From positions 1-64,000 of the forward strand of contig CAVZMI010000021.1 of assembly GCA_963776275.1 (NCBI GenBank): a DNA stretch of 64,000 nt, in the 5' to 3' direction. Below are positions 26,335-36,758 of the stretch, one piece after another; position 1 is the stretch's first letter, and every line of letters starts with the position of its first letter. The notes beneath the pieces were generated by a model. It saw only the letters and a program-made list of their open reading frames with translations. It made no database searches and was not told the DNA's origin. Source of the DNA: Ignavibacteriota bacterium. GTDB taxonomy: Bacteria > Bacteroidota > Ignavibacteria > UBA10030 > CAVZMI01. Both the position numbers and the translations under genes were made by a program.

Positions 26335-27582
26335 TCAAACATGAATGTCACGCGGGTCTCTGACCCGGAGAAAAAGCCATCCCATTGCCCCGATCGCAAA
26401 CAGGGCTGAGAGTATGAAAATTCCTTCGTACCCTGTAGATTTTATCAATACTCCGGCTGCAAGACTGAGAAGGTAGAAAGGGGCAACAATAGTATTTAAA
26501 AGCGCCACATACACAGGCCGTCGGTCGTCCGGCGCTATTTCGATTGTCATATTAAATCGAGACATCATATCCATTCCAAGATTCATTCCCAGGAAAAGAA
26601 AGACAACCCCGTAAAACATCGGGACCTGGGAAAAAAGCGCCGTCACGACAGTCAGTATGATGCACAGCGACGCAAAAAATAACGCCCGTCGATATCCATA
26701 CCGATCACCAATAAACCCCATAATCAGTGAACCGATAATCTGTCCGGCCATCATCACCATAGTCCATTGACCGATGAATTCCTTCGATAAATGATATTTA
26801 GAAAAACCGTAACCGATAAAAAATGCATTACTCATCGTTGCCGATGTGAGAAGAATACAAACAACAATTAAATTCCGGAAATTGTTGTCAGACTGCAATA
26901 CTGAACGAAGCATAGCAAGCGATATTTCAGAGTGTTCAGTAACAGCCCGACCAGGTGTCGGAGCTTCACGGATTTGTCTTACAACCAACAGAGAACACAT
27001 CTGCAGGAAAAAAGCTCCAAAGAAAATGAAAGCGTAATTCAGGGGATACCGGACATGCGCAAGAATTACTGTCAGGAGCAGGCCGGTCCCGAGTGCGATA
27101 AGTGTACCGACTGCAGTGCGGAACCCGAGTAATCGTCCGCGCCGATACTGTGGTGTAACTTTCGACATCATATCATACCACGCCGGCGTGCTCAATCCAG
27201 TCAGAAGTTGATTCACAATGTACAGAACAAGGAATATGTTCAGTGCAATCAGAGGGCGTTCGGACGCAAAAATAAGAATAGCAACAGCAATAAGTAGAAG
27301 CGAGAACCGCTGAGGAACACCCACCCAAAAAACAAAATCTTTTCGTACCGGATACCTGTGAAGTATCCGCACCGTTAGGAGTTGCGGGAGAAACCAGCCG
27401 GCAAATCCAATAAGCGGGATCAACCCTATTGTTGTCGTATCACCGCCAAGAACCTGGGCAACAGCCGGTAGCGTTGTCTGTGTCGAGAGAAATCCCGCTG
27501 TTCCCGCATAGAACACTCCTTCGATTGCGTTCAGAATAAAATTGCGCCGTTCTTCTTTCTCGGACGACTCAATCATAATCAT
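26335..27582 (-). CDS. MFS transporter
   Basis: About 12 hydrophobic segments; GFIGDRYGYRR motif A. Confidence 0.9.
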   Translation of the reverse strand: MIMIESSEKEERRNFILNAIEGVFYAGTAGFLSTQTTLPAVAQVLGGDTTTIGLIPLIGFAGWFLPQLLTVRILHRYPVRKDFVFWVGVPQRFSLLLIAVAILIFASERPLIALNIFLVLYIVNQLLTGLSTPAWYDMMSKVTPQYRRGRLLGFRTAVGTLIALGTGLLLTVILAHVRYPLNYAFIFFGAFFLQMCSLLVVRQIREAPTPGRAVTEHSEISLAMLRSVLQSDNNFRNLIVVCILLTSATMSNAFFIGYGFSKYHLSKEFIGQWTMVMMAGQIIGSLIMGFIGDRYGYRRALFFASLCIILTVVTALFSQVPMFYGVVFLFLGMNLGMDMMSRFNMTIEIAPDDRRPVYVALLNTIVAPFYLLSLAAGVLIKSTGYEGIFILSALFAIGAMGWLFLRVRDPRDIHV

Positions 27583-27634
27583 TCAAGTTTCGATCACCGT
27601 GGCCGAAAATGGAATCAATTTGGTGTGTATGTAA

Positions 27635-28759
27635 TTAGTCGAGTTTTTTCTTAAATCTCAAGACACTGGCAAAGAGAATCGTCAATCCCATGAAAAGAAG
27701 CATTCCTGCCTGAATCCAGAGATTGGTAAATCCGATTCCCTTCATAATAATTGATCTGACAATGATCAGATAATAACTCATCGGAATACCATGAGATACA
27801 AGCTGGAGTATCTTCGGCATATTTTCGACGGGAAAAGCAAAACCGGAAAGATACATCATCGGCATCATGAGGATAAATATTGCCGTCATCATTGCCTGTT
27901 GTTGAGTACGGGAAATTGTCGATACAAAAAGTCCTAATCCAAGCGACGTGAGAAGGAAGAACCCGGTCAGCCCGAACAGGAGCGGTACACTTCCTTTAAT
28001 CGGGATGCCGAAGAAAAAGACCATCACAAGGAGAACAACACAGACGTTGATCAGTCCGATTAAGGTATATGGAATGAGTTTTCCCAGGATAAGCTCCGAC
28101 GATTTAATAGGCGTGACCATGATTTGTTCGAGAGTCCCGATTTCCTTTTCGCGCACGATTGCCATCGCGGTAAGGTTTGTCGTCGTGATAAGAAGGATCA
28201 GCACCAGTACACCGGGGACCATATAATTTCGGCTTCTGAGCGATGGGTTGAACCAGGAGCGTACTTCGGCATTCACGCCGCCTATTGTTCCCCCTGTTCC
28301 GATCATTTCTGTGATAATCTGTGTCGAGTATTTCATGACTATTTGATTCACATATCCCATGGTGATCGCTGTCGTATTTCCCTCACTTCCATCAATCAAC
28401 ACCTGAATCTTCGCCTGTTCTCTCTTGAGGATATGATCGCCGAATTTCGGAGGGAGAACCAGAGCCATTGTTACCTGATGGTCATCGAGGTAATGACCGA
28501 CCGAAGCATAATCCTCGGTCGAATATACAATGTTGAAATATCCCGAATTTGTGAATTGCTGGATGAATTCCCGGCTCTCCTGTGTTTTATCGAGATCGCA
28601 CAGTACCATTGCGATGTTCTTCACATCGAGCGAGGCGGCATAGCCAAGAAAGATCAATTGCAGTACCGGCGCTACGAAGACAATCGGCAGTAATTTTTTA
28701 TCCTTCACGAACTGACCGATTTCTTTTCTTAATAATGCATTGATCCGCTGGATATTCAT
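27635..28759 (-). CDS. ABC-2 transporter permease (YbhR/S-like)
   Basis: IVREKEIGTLEQIMVTP, SGFAFPVENMP. Confidence 0.92.
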   Translation of the reverse strand: MNIQRINALLRKEIGQFVKDKKLLPIVFVAPVLQLIFLGYAASLDVKNIAMVLCDLDKTQESREFIQQFTNSGYFNIVYSTEDYASVGHYLDDHQVTMALVLPPKFGDHILKREQAKIQVLIDGSEGNTTAITMGYVNQIVMKYSTQIITEMIGTGGTIGGVNAEVRSWFNPSLRSRNYMVPGVLVLILLITTTNLTAMAIVREKEIGTLEQIMVTPIKSSELILGKLIPYTLIGLINVCVVLLVMVFFFGIPIKGSVPLLFGLTGFFLLTSLGLGLFVSTISRTQQQAMMTAIFILMMPMMYLSGFAFPVENMPKILQLVSHGIPMSYYLIIVRSIIMKGIGFTNLWIQAGMLLFMGLTILFASVLRFKKKLD

Positions 28760-28762
28760 GAC

Positions 28763-29890
28763 TCACCCTATCGTTTTCTTGAACCGCTTGATACTGATCA
28801 ACAGGAGGATTGATATAAAAATGAGCAGGTAGCAAATTTGATCCCAAAATGCCGAGATCCCGACTCCTTTCAAGACAATACTCCGGAGAATCACAAGATA
28901 AAATTTTGCCGGGGTAATATTCGACAAAACTTGAAGCCACCACGGCATGCTGTGAATCGGAAATACAAAGCCCGAAAGAATAATTGTCGGGACCATCGAA
29001 CTGATAGAAGCGAGCTGGAACGCCACCTGCTGGCTGTCCGCAATTGTCGATATAAACAATCCGATGCTCAACGCCGCACAAATAAATAACAGTGTTGCCC
29101 CGAAGAGATAAACGAAACTCCCCTTTACAACGACATCGAACATTACATATGCCGCAGTGATGACCAGTGCCGCGGCAACGAGCGAGATGAGTGCATAGGG
29201 AATCATTTTCCCGAGGATCAGTTCAACCGGACGTACCGGCGAAACATCGATTTGCTCTATTGTGTTCCGCTCTTTTTCCCGGACGATTGATAATGATGTT
29301 GCGATAACGGCAGTAATAGCCAGGATGAAACCGATCAATCCGGGAACCAGAAATTTTGCGCTTTTTAATTCCGGATTGTACCATACGCGGGTTTCGTATT
29401 GGATGGGGATGTAACTTCCCTTTCCCATCATAGCAAGATTTTTCAGGACGATCTTTTGGGAATATTGAAGCGTGATCGCTTGAACATATGCAATGATCGT
29501 TGAGGCGGTATTTGAATCCATTCCATCGACAATGATCTGCACGTCTGCAACGTCATTCGATAGTATTTTTTCAGAGAAGTCGGAGGGAACCACAATTGCG
29601 ACGCGGATTTTTGCATTATCAATCATCTTGGACGCTTCTTCGGCAGTGGCGAGATATTCAACGTACTCGAAATATCCCGATGTAACAAAGGCATTTATGA
29701 ATTCCCTGCTTCTGCGACTTTTCTCCTGATCGATAACAGCCATTTTTACATGAGAAACATCAAAATTCATCGCGTATCCGTTGATAAGCAGCATGATGGC
29801 AGGAACAAGCGTCAGAATCGCCAGCACCCGTTTATCCCGCCGAATCTGCTTAAACTCTTTCTTTATTATCGGAATCAATCGATTTATCAT
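28763..29890 (-). CDS. ABC-2 transporter permease (YbhR/S-like)
   Basis: WYNPEL, IVREKERNTIEQ, SGFVFPIHSMP. Confidence 0.92.
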   Translation of the reverse strand: MINRLIPIIKKEFKQIRRDKRVLAILTLVPAIMLLINGYAMNFDVSHVKMAVIDQEKSRRSREFINAFVTSGYFEYVEYLATAEEASKMIDNAKIRVAIVVPSDFSEKILSNDVADVQIIVDGMDSNTASTIIAYVQAITLQYSQKIVLKNLAMMGKGSYIPIQYETRVWYNPELKSAKFLVPGLIGFILAITAVIATSLSIVREKERNTIEQIDVSPVRPVELILGKMIPYALISLVAAALVITAAYVMFDVVVKGSFVYLFGATLLFICAALSIGLFISTIADSQQVAFQLASISSMVPTIILSGFVFPIHSMPWWLQVLSNITPAKFYLVILRSIVLKGVGISAFWDQICYLLIFISILLLISIKRFKKTIG

Positions 29891-29900
29891 AGATTTTTCT

Positions 29901-30842
29901 TCAAGCAGCCTTTTTTTCTTCCTGATTAAGCAAATAAATAAAAACATCCTCGAGCGACGGAATAATTTTTTCGATCGCAGTGATACCGATTCCCTGAGAA
30001 CTGAGAATAGACCGGATCTGCTCTTTTGCCTGCCGCTCGTTATCCACACTGACATGTAAATGCGTGGCAAATACCGAGGTCTCCAACGCCCACGGTTGTT
30101 TTTCGATTAACGCCATGGCTTCAATAACATTGGTGCATCGAACCCCGAGTATCGGATTCTTTATATAGTTGTGTTTTAATTCATGCGGACTTCCTCCGGC
30201 GATGATTTTCCCTGCATTGATTAAAACAATATCATTGCAGTATTCCGCCTCCTCCAAGAAATGGGTCGTGACTATGACAGTCATACCCTCCGCCGAAAAA
30301 TCGTTAATCAATTCCCAGAACCGCCGGCGCATTAACGGATCGACACCGCTCGTCGGTTCATCGAGGAATACAATTCTCGGACGATGAAGAACAGCGCAGC
30401 CTAGCGCGAGCCGTTGTTTCCATCCAATCGGAAGTGTCCCCGTAATCACACGATCCTTCCCCCGTAAATGTGCCATTTCGAGCACCCATTCTTTTCGCTG
30501 CTGGAGCTCATGGTTGCTCAAACCGTAGACTCTTCCGAAGAAATTAATATTTTCTTCAACTCTCAGATCTTCATAGAGAGAAAACTTCTGCGACATATAG
30601 CCGATGCTCTCCTTAACTTTTTCCGGATGAGTGTTGATATCATACCCGCCGACGCGGGCCGTTCCCGAAGTGGAGCTGAGAAGAGCGCAGAGCATCCGGA
30701 TTGTGGTCGATTTCCCGGCGCCGTTAGCTCCGAGAAAACCGAAGATTTCACCCTGCCTGACGTCAAAGCTGATTTGATCCACCGCGGTGAAATCACCAAA
30801 ACGCTTTGTGAGTTGTTCCACCTCAATTGCATTTTGAATCAT
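29901..30842 (-). CDS. ABC transporter ATP-binding protein
   Basis: GANGAGKST Walker A, FLDEPT Walker B. Confidence 0.95.
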   Translation of the reverse strand: MIQNAIEVEQLTKRFGDFTAVDQISFDVRQGEIFGFLGANGAGKSTTIRMLCALLSSTSGTARVGGYDINTHPEKVKESIGYMSQKFSLYEDLRVEENINFFGRVYGLSNHELQQRKEWVLEMAHLRGKDRVITGTLPIGWKQRLALGCAVLHRPRIVFLDEPTSGVDPLMRRRFWELINDFSAEGMTVIVTTHFLEEAEYCNDIVLINAGKIIAGGSPHELKHNYIKNPILGVRCTNVIEAMALIEKQPWALETSVFATHLHVSVDNERQAKEQIRSILSSQGIGITAIEKIIPSLEDVFIYLLNQEEKKAA

Positions 30843-30861
30843 TTGTCCCTCATTTCTATCC

Positions 30862-32181
30862 TCACGGCCGCCATTCACCAATTACTTTTTGAAGCCGTGC
30901 CACCGCTAATTCATAATCCACAAGGGTTGTTGTGAATTGAATCTTGGCCTGAAGTCTCGCGGTCTCGGCATCAAGTAGTTCGGAGTTTGTGGTAAGTCCC
31001 GATTTGAATTTTTCATACGTAATCCGAAAGTTTTCTTCTGCCTGTTCAACCGTGAGTCGCGACAGCGCAATTTTTTCTTTTACCTGCTGGAGTGTAAGAT
31101 ATGCTTGTGTCACTTCGAGCGTCATCCCGTCTTTGCTAACGTCGTACGATGCCATTGTTTGCTCGAGAAGCGCCTGGGCCTGAGATGTTTGTTGAACCGT
31201 CGTCAGACCGTTCCAGATATCAAATTGGAATGACACGCCGACATCCCATGTATCTCTGAATTCGTCGAGCGCGGGAAAAATGCGTTGATTTGGACGTGCG
31301 TAATAATAGGAACCGGTAAAAAATATCTGCGGCCACCACCCTCCGCGAGCCGCAGTAACGCCCGCCTCGGCTGCCTGGAGGCGGAATTGCATACCCTGAA
31401 GATCGGGACGTGTACGAAGTGCTGAATTTAGTAACTGCTCGAGTTCCGGCACTTGCCAGTCACTCTGCGTTAAAGCCGATGTCAATGTGATTTTAGTTGA
31501 GAGTGGAAGGCCGAGTATTGAATTCAGCGAGAGTATCGCGATGCGAACGGCGTTATGTGCATCGATCTGCAATATCTTCGCATTTGAAAGCTGCACCTGT
31601 ACTTTCAGTACATCGTTCCGCGTCGCCATTCCCTGCTGTTCCAAATTATTGACATCATTAAGATGAAGTTGAACCTGGTTTACATTTTCGTCTCCCAGTC
31701 GCTCCAGCTCTTGGGCCCGATACAGATTCCAGTAGGCGCACCGGACTGTGTAGATTAATTCCAGCCGGTCTTTAGCAAGATCGCTGACAGTCGCCTGCGC
31801 CGAATATTCTGCATTATCGGCTATACCCTGCAGTTTCCATCCTGTGAAGAGCGGCTGTTGAAACGTTGCCTTTAAATTATAGTTATTCAGAACTACCGGA
31901 AAGGAAATGAGCATTCCCGGTATGGGAATTTGAAACGCCGGTACATCACTCAAATGCAGATATCCTCCCTGCACTTTCAATGAAGGGTACAACGCGGCGG
32001 CTGCTTCACTTGCTTTTGCTTCGGAAAACTCAACTTTTTTCATCGATGCATAAAGCGATCGACTGTTCTCCAGGGCTATTTTTATACTTTCTTCGACCGT
32101 CAGTGATTGTTTCTGTGCAATCATCGAACTGACAACCATCATCAATACTAGACCAAGGAAGATTTTTCCAGCTTTTTTCAT
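30862..32181 (-). CDS. TolC family outer membrane efflux protein
   Basis: Signal peptide, two OEP-like repeats, GLTTNSELLDA. Confidence 0.9.
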   Translation of the reverse strand: MKKAGKIFLGLVLMMVVSSMIAQKQSLTVEESIKIALENSRSLYASMKKVEFSEAKASEAAAALYPSLKVQGGYLHLSDVPAFQIPIPGMLISFPVVLNNYNLKATFQQPLFTGWKLQGIADNAEYSAQATVSDLAKDRLELIYTVRCAYWNLYRAQELERLGDENVNQVQLHLNDVNNLEQQGMATRNDVLKVQVQLSNAKILQIDAHNAVRIAILSLNSILGLPLSTKITLTSALTQSDWQVPELEQLLNSALRTRPDLQGMQFRLQAAEAGVTAARGGWWPQIFFTGSYYYARPNQRIFPALDEFRDTWDVGVSFQFDIWNGLTTVQQTSQAQALLEQTMASYDVSKDGMTLEVTQAYLTLQQVKEKIALSRLTVEQAEENFRITYEKFKSGLTTNSELLDAETARLQAKIQFTTTLVDYELAVARLQKVIGEWRP

Positions 32182-33125
32182 TGCGATACTCCACCTCGAC
32201 TTTCTTGAACGGATGAATAATCCGAGAGTAACGATATAAATACATTTTCGAGTGATGGGGGAATTACACGCCAACCGGTGATTTCGATATTCTTTTCGTG
32301 AAGATAGCCCAGAATCGATTTCATATCCGTCGAAGCTTTGTGAACAACGATATTGACGCGATCACCAAATGCCTGCACTTCCATAATATCGGGATGTGTT
32401 TTGAAGGCAGTGAATGCCGTCCTTATGTCCGGCGTGATAACTTCAACGACATCACCTTTCATCACTCCGGTCAGGTTCCGCGGTGCATCGGCCATCAATA
32501 CTTTTCCTTCATTCATCAAAGCGACCCGGGTACATCGTTCAGCTTCATCTAAGTAAGGTGTGGTCATGATAACGGTGATCCCTTTCTTAAGCAAGTTTGA
32601 AAGGACTTTCCAGAAATCTCGCCGTGAGACCGGATCGACACCCGTTGTCGGCTCGTCGAGAAGAAGAACGTCGGGAGTATGAACCAACGTGCATGCGAGA
32701 GCGAGTTTTTGCCTCATGCCGCCGGAAAGCTTTTCCGCAAGACGATTCCGGAATTTGGTCAGCCGTGTAAATTCAAGCAATTCATTACGCTGAATCTTAT
32801 AATTACGGACGCCATGAATCTCGGCAAAAAATTCTATATTCTCATCGACGGTCAGATCACCGTAAAGACTGAACCGCTGCGATAAATACCCGATGTGCTT
32901 TTTCACTTCCTCCGGTTTTTTCCGGATATCGAAACCAAGTACACTTATCTCGCCGGACGTCGGGGGTGTGATTCCGCATATCATTCGGATGGTTGTGGTC
33001 TTTCCAGCACCGTCAGGACCTACCAGTGCATACATTTCACCTCGTTCAACATCCAGTGAAAGTGAATCTACTGCAACAATATCACCGAACTTTTTTATAA
33101 CCGACCGGATTTCAACTGCTTTCAT
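32178..33125 (-). CDS. ABC transporter ATP-binding protein
   Basis: GPDGAGKTT, LSGGM, LLDEPT. Confidence 0.95.
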   Translation of the reverse strand: MKAVEIRSVIKKFGDIVAVDSLSLDVERGEMYALVGPDGAGKTTTIRMICGITPPTSGEISVLGFDIRKKPEEVKKHIGYLSQRFSLYGDLTVDENIEFFAEIHGVRNYKIQRNELLEFTRLTKFRNRLAEKLSGGMRQKLALACTLVHTPDVLLLDEPTTGVDPVSRRDFWKVLSNLLKKGITVIMTTPYLDEAERCTRVALMNEGKVLMADAPRNLTGVMKGDVVEVITPDIRTAFTAFKTHPDIMEVQAFGDRVNIVVHKASTDMKSILGYLHEKNIEITGWRVIPPSLENVFISLLSDYSSVQESRGGVSQ

Positions 33126-33138
33126 ACGATCTTATCCC

Positions 33139-34097
33139 CTACTTGAGATATGCATCTGCCGGCATACCCCCTTTGAGCACTCCATCATGATTTTCAACTT
33201 CGAGTTTGACGCCAAAGACAAGCTTTGTCCGATCTTCTTTTGTCTGGACATTTTTTGGCGTGAATTCGGCAATCGGTGAGATATAGACAACACGACCCGG
33301 AAAATTTTTTTCGGGATAGGTGTCGATGACAATATCGGCTGCACCACCCAGTTTTACTTTCCCGAGATCGTTTTCGTTAACGTAGATCATTAAATTCAGT
33401 TGTTCAACTCTTGAAATTTTGGCAACAATACCACCCGTCGATATTAACTCCCCCTCTTCAAACGGTTTGCTTGTGACAATCCCGGAAACAGGGGCAAGAA
33501 CGGCTGCGTCGGTCAGCTGCTTCTTAATGAGATCTGCCGAGGCCTTGGCCTGATCGAGACGAGCTTTTGCAGCCATAAGGTCTCAGGACGTGCAAACCGT
33601 TGTAATCGCTGTAAATTCTGTTTTGCCGAATTGAGCTGTGCATGTGTAATTGTCAGCCGCGATTCTGCATCGTCGTACTGTTTTTTAGTAACTGTCTTTA
33701 ATTCGAAGAGCTCTCTCATCCGATCAAAATCACCTTTTGCATTATTATACGAAGATTCGGCCTGCCGGACAGACTCTTCGGCCTGTTGAACATCCTCGAT
33801 TCGTGCGCCATTGAGAAGCAATCGATACTGTGCCTCCGCGAGATCAACGCCGCCTTTTGCCTGTCTCCATTGCAGCTCTAGAGTCACACGATCAAGCAAG
33901 GCCAGAGTATCGCCTTTCTTGACACGGCTCCCTTCTTGAATAAAAAGATGTTCGACCTGTCCCGGCACTTTTGCACTGACACTGACTTCGACAGCCTCAA
34001 GTGTTCCGCTCGCTTCAATGGCACCCTGGTGATTATTTCCGCAACCGCTCATAATAAACAGAGCGCCTACTGCCATAATACTTATGAACTGTTTCAT
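33139..34097 (-). CDS. HlyD/YbhG-like periplasmic adaptor lipoprotein, frameshift near 33580
   Basis: Lipobox MSGC; N-half in 33513..34097; C-half with AEFTPKNVQT in 33139..33576. Confidence 0.88.
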
Positions 34098-34114
34098 ATT
34101 AACCTTCTTGTCGA

Positions 34115-34744
34115 TTAATGAGATATTGAAATTGACGAATCAAACACATGAAAATTTTTTCGCCCCTCATCGGTAAGAGCACCTTCAAAAATTGTTTTCA
34201 TTATCGTCTTGAATGCTTCCTCTGCAGAAAACGGCGCTTGCGAGAGAATGTCCGGTGTAAGTATTCCCTGAACCGAATTGATGACCATGAGCATGAGAAC
34301 TTGTTCATTCAATTCTTCCCGAATCGCTTTTTCACGACGTCCTTGCTCGAACAATCGATTCATCTTATTCAAAATTTGTTCGCGCCGGAATGTCTCGATT
34401 TCTTTCCAGACATCAGGAGCTACTTTCTGCAGGTTTATAGCGCTTAGACGACTAATCTTACCGATTTGCCGACCAATCAACATCATAATATCTGCAAGTT
34501 TTTCTGTAACCGTTTTATCCGACGATATGATTTCTTCAATCCGGCGTGCGATCCCCTGCAGCATGAAACGAACACCGGCGCGAAGAAGCTCTTCTTTGCT
34601 CGGGAAAAATTTGTAGAGTGTTTTTTTACTCATCCCGAGACCGGTGGCAATTTCATCGATCGTTACTTTGCCAAAACCAAACCTCATAAATAGGTCGGAG
34701 GCAAAAAGAATAATACGTTCGCGTAACGTTTTTTCATTTGACAT
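34115..34744 (-). CDS. TetR/AcrR family regulator
   Basis: TIDEIATGLGMSKKTLYKFFPSKEEL HTH. Confidence 0.95.
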   Translation of the reverse strand: MSNEKTLRERIILFASDLFMRFGFGKVTIDEIATGLGMSKKTLYKFFPSKEELLRAGVRFMLQGIARRIEEIISSDKTVTEKLADIMMLIGRQIGKISRLSAINLQKVAPDVWKEIETFRREQILNKMNRLFEQGRREKAIREELNEQVLMLMVINSVQGILTPDILSQAPFSAEEAFKTIMKTIFEGALTDEGRKNFHVFDSSISISH

Positions 34745-34758
34745 GGTAGAACTCCAAA

Positions 34759-34898
34759 GAAACTAATAAAGTTTTTAAAGTTTCCAGGATTTAATAAAAA
34801 AACCCAAACCCGAAGGTATTGAGGATTTTTAAGGGGGCCATGGAAACCCTAATAGTATTTCTGGTTTCCAATATACATATCATTTTTTCGTTTGTCAA
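34759..34898 (-). promoter_or_regulatory. Promoter with two palindromic operators for the TetR efflux operon
   Basis: TTGACA(34898-34893)-N17-TATATT; GAAAC-N16-GTTTC at 34759-34784 and 34843-34868. Confidence 0.75.
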
Positions 34899-35165
34899 GT
34901 TCCTTTTAAAAAAAATCAAGGGCCAGGTCGCTCTGTCATCGACTCTGGCCCTAGTGGATGGTGTTTGGAGAGGAGGATGGAAAAGTAAGGGTATACAATG
35001 TCTTCCATATATATACCGCAATTAAAAACCAATTCGTGACAGAAACTGACTGATTGATTTTGGATAGCGAAATTCTGATATTGATATGTCACAAAAACAA
35101 TATTCATTACGGTAAGCATATAGAGGGTATTATTGAGGCGTTGGCGTTTAGTGAGGGAATCATTC

Positions 35166-36158
35166 ATGAAAAAGCAAAAAAAAACCAAACGAGCGAAATC
35201 AGGCCGGAAAAACGCACTGAATCGTACAGTACGGCCTGCGCCCTCTTTTTCATCCGCTTTATTCAACGCGGTAATGAGTGATGCTGTTCGAAGTGAAAAA
35301 CCGACCGGCAACGATTTCGATCAACTAATGCGATATGTAATTTATAAAGAATCACCTAATCATCCGGCATACAAAGAAAATCCATTAAGCTTCGAAGAAG
35401 TACGCTTAATACGGAAGAATTGTGAAGAAAATCCGGAATGGGCTAAAGTACTTGCAGATCTCCGGCATGAATATAATCGACTTCTGGAAACACTCGAACA
35501 GAGCTCCTTTTCCCACATATCAGAGCCTGTCCCCGCACGACCGCCGGCTTTCAAGCGTCGTTTTCAGCTATTCCCCCCTCTTTTATTTACACAATACAGA
35601 ATCCCACGGCTGGCAGTAATCTTTGCCGTTACTCTAGCCGTCGGTTTCGGACTACTTGCCGGAATTAGCTCTCTGGTCACACCCCGGTATTTTAATGCTA
35701 CAACGATCACACCTGTAACATTTACGACACGTGGAGAATATACGGTGCTTGAACCGGGGATCGATGCGCTGTATAAGCAGGATTATCATACGGCACTTGC
35801 GTTTTTCCGACATGTTATAAACAAAAATCCTCAATCAGACAAGGCGCTTTTTGCCCTCTATTTCTCGGGTTCGATAGATTTAATAAATGCCAGAAGAACG
35901 TTTTTCGGCCTTTTTCCTTCATTCGCAGATGTGCAGGTGGATTCCGGCATAGCTGCTTTCACGTACGTTCTGAGTAGTATCCCGACTACCGGACAATTCA
36001 CCCCCCTCGAGGAACAATGCCGTTTTATGCTGGGACAGGCCTGGCTCATGAAGAAAAACATCCCAAATGCCCGTCAAGAATTTGAGCGCGTTATCCAGCT
36101 CCATGGCATTAAAAAACAGGAAAGCGAAAAAATCCTTTCAATTCTACCCCTCCAATAA
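35166..36158 (+). CDS. Single-pass membrane protein with C-terminal TPR domain (anti-sigma-like architecture)
   Basis: Cytoplasmic N-domain, TM LAVIFAVTLAVGFGLL, TPR helices. Confidence 0.7.
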   Translation: MKKQKKTKRAKSGRKNALNRTVRPAPSFSSALFNAVMSDAVRSEKPTGNDFDQLMRYVIYKESPNHPAYKENPLSFEEVRLIRKNCEENPEWAKVLADLRHEYNRLLETLEQSSFSHISEPVPARPPAFKRRFQLFPPLLFTQYRIPRLAVIFAVTLAVGFGLLAGISSLVTPRYFNATTITPVTFTTRGEYTVLEPGIDALYKQDYHTALAFFRHVINKNPQSDKALFALYFSGSIDLINARRTFFGLFPSFADVQVDSGIAAFTYVLSSIPTTGQFTPLEEQCRFMLGQAWLMKKNIPNARQEFERVIQLHGIKKQESEKILSILPLQ

Positions 36159-36758
36159 AAGCACCCGAAGGCTTTACTTTGCGAATTTTCCATTAATACT
36201 GAATTATCTGGACTAAAACGGCCAAAATTTCTTATATTGGTTCTTTTATAAGGTATGGAAAAGCTCACTGAAACTATTAGTCTAGTAATATGTGCATTTG
36301 CCCTTTTCCCTGAATATTCATATTTTCCATCGAGGAGCAATATTAAGGAACAGGTGGCAACGATAAGTATATCCATGTAAATTTTTCACTGCGAGTATCG
36401 CTCCAACCATTATTTAAAAATAATTCTATGTGATTATATGTGTTGGAGCGTGTACTATGCCACTTTTATAATACGGTGAAACACAGTGGAACAGTGCCGC
36501 TATGCGGCAGTACCGCTCCTCGGTAGTAGAATAATTGGAGTGGCACTAGTATGATTAATACTAAATGATCCTTATATTAAGTTCTATTTAGTATACTGTT
36601 CATTGCAACTATCGTCCATTTTATCGTTCTGCCTGTTTCTTTGAAGGTTGAGAACCCTTATGAAAAAAAAGGGAAATAGAAGTGAGGTAGAATTAACGTA
36701 AATTTCGTTCGTTTTTTGTAGAAACATCTGATCTCAGCAATATCAGAGGAGACCTTTT

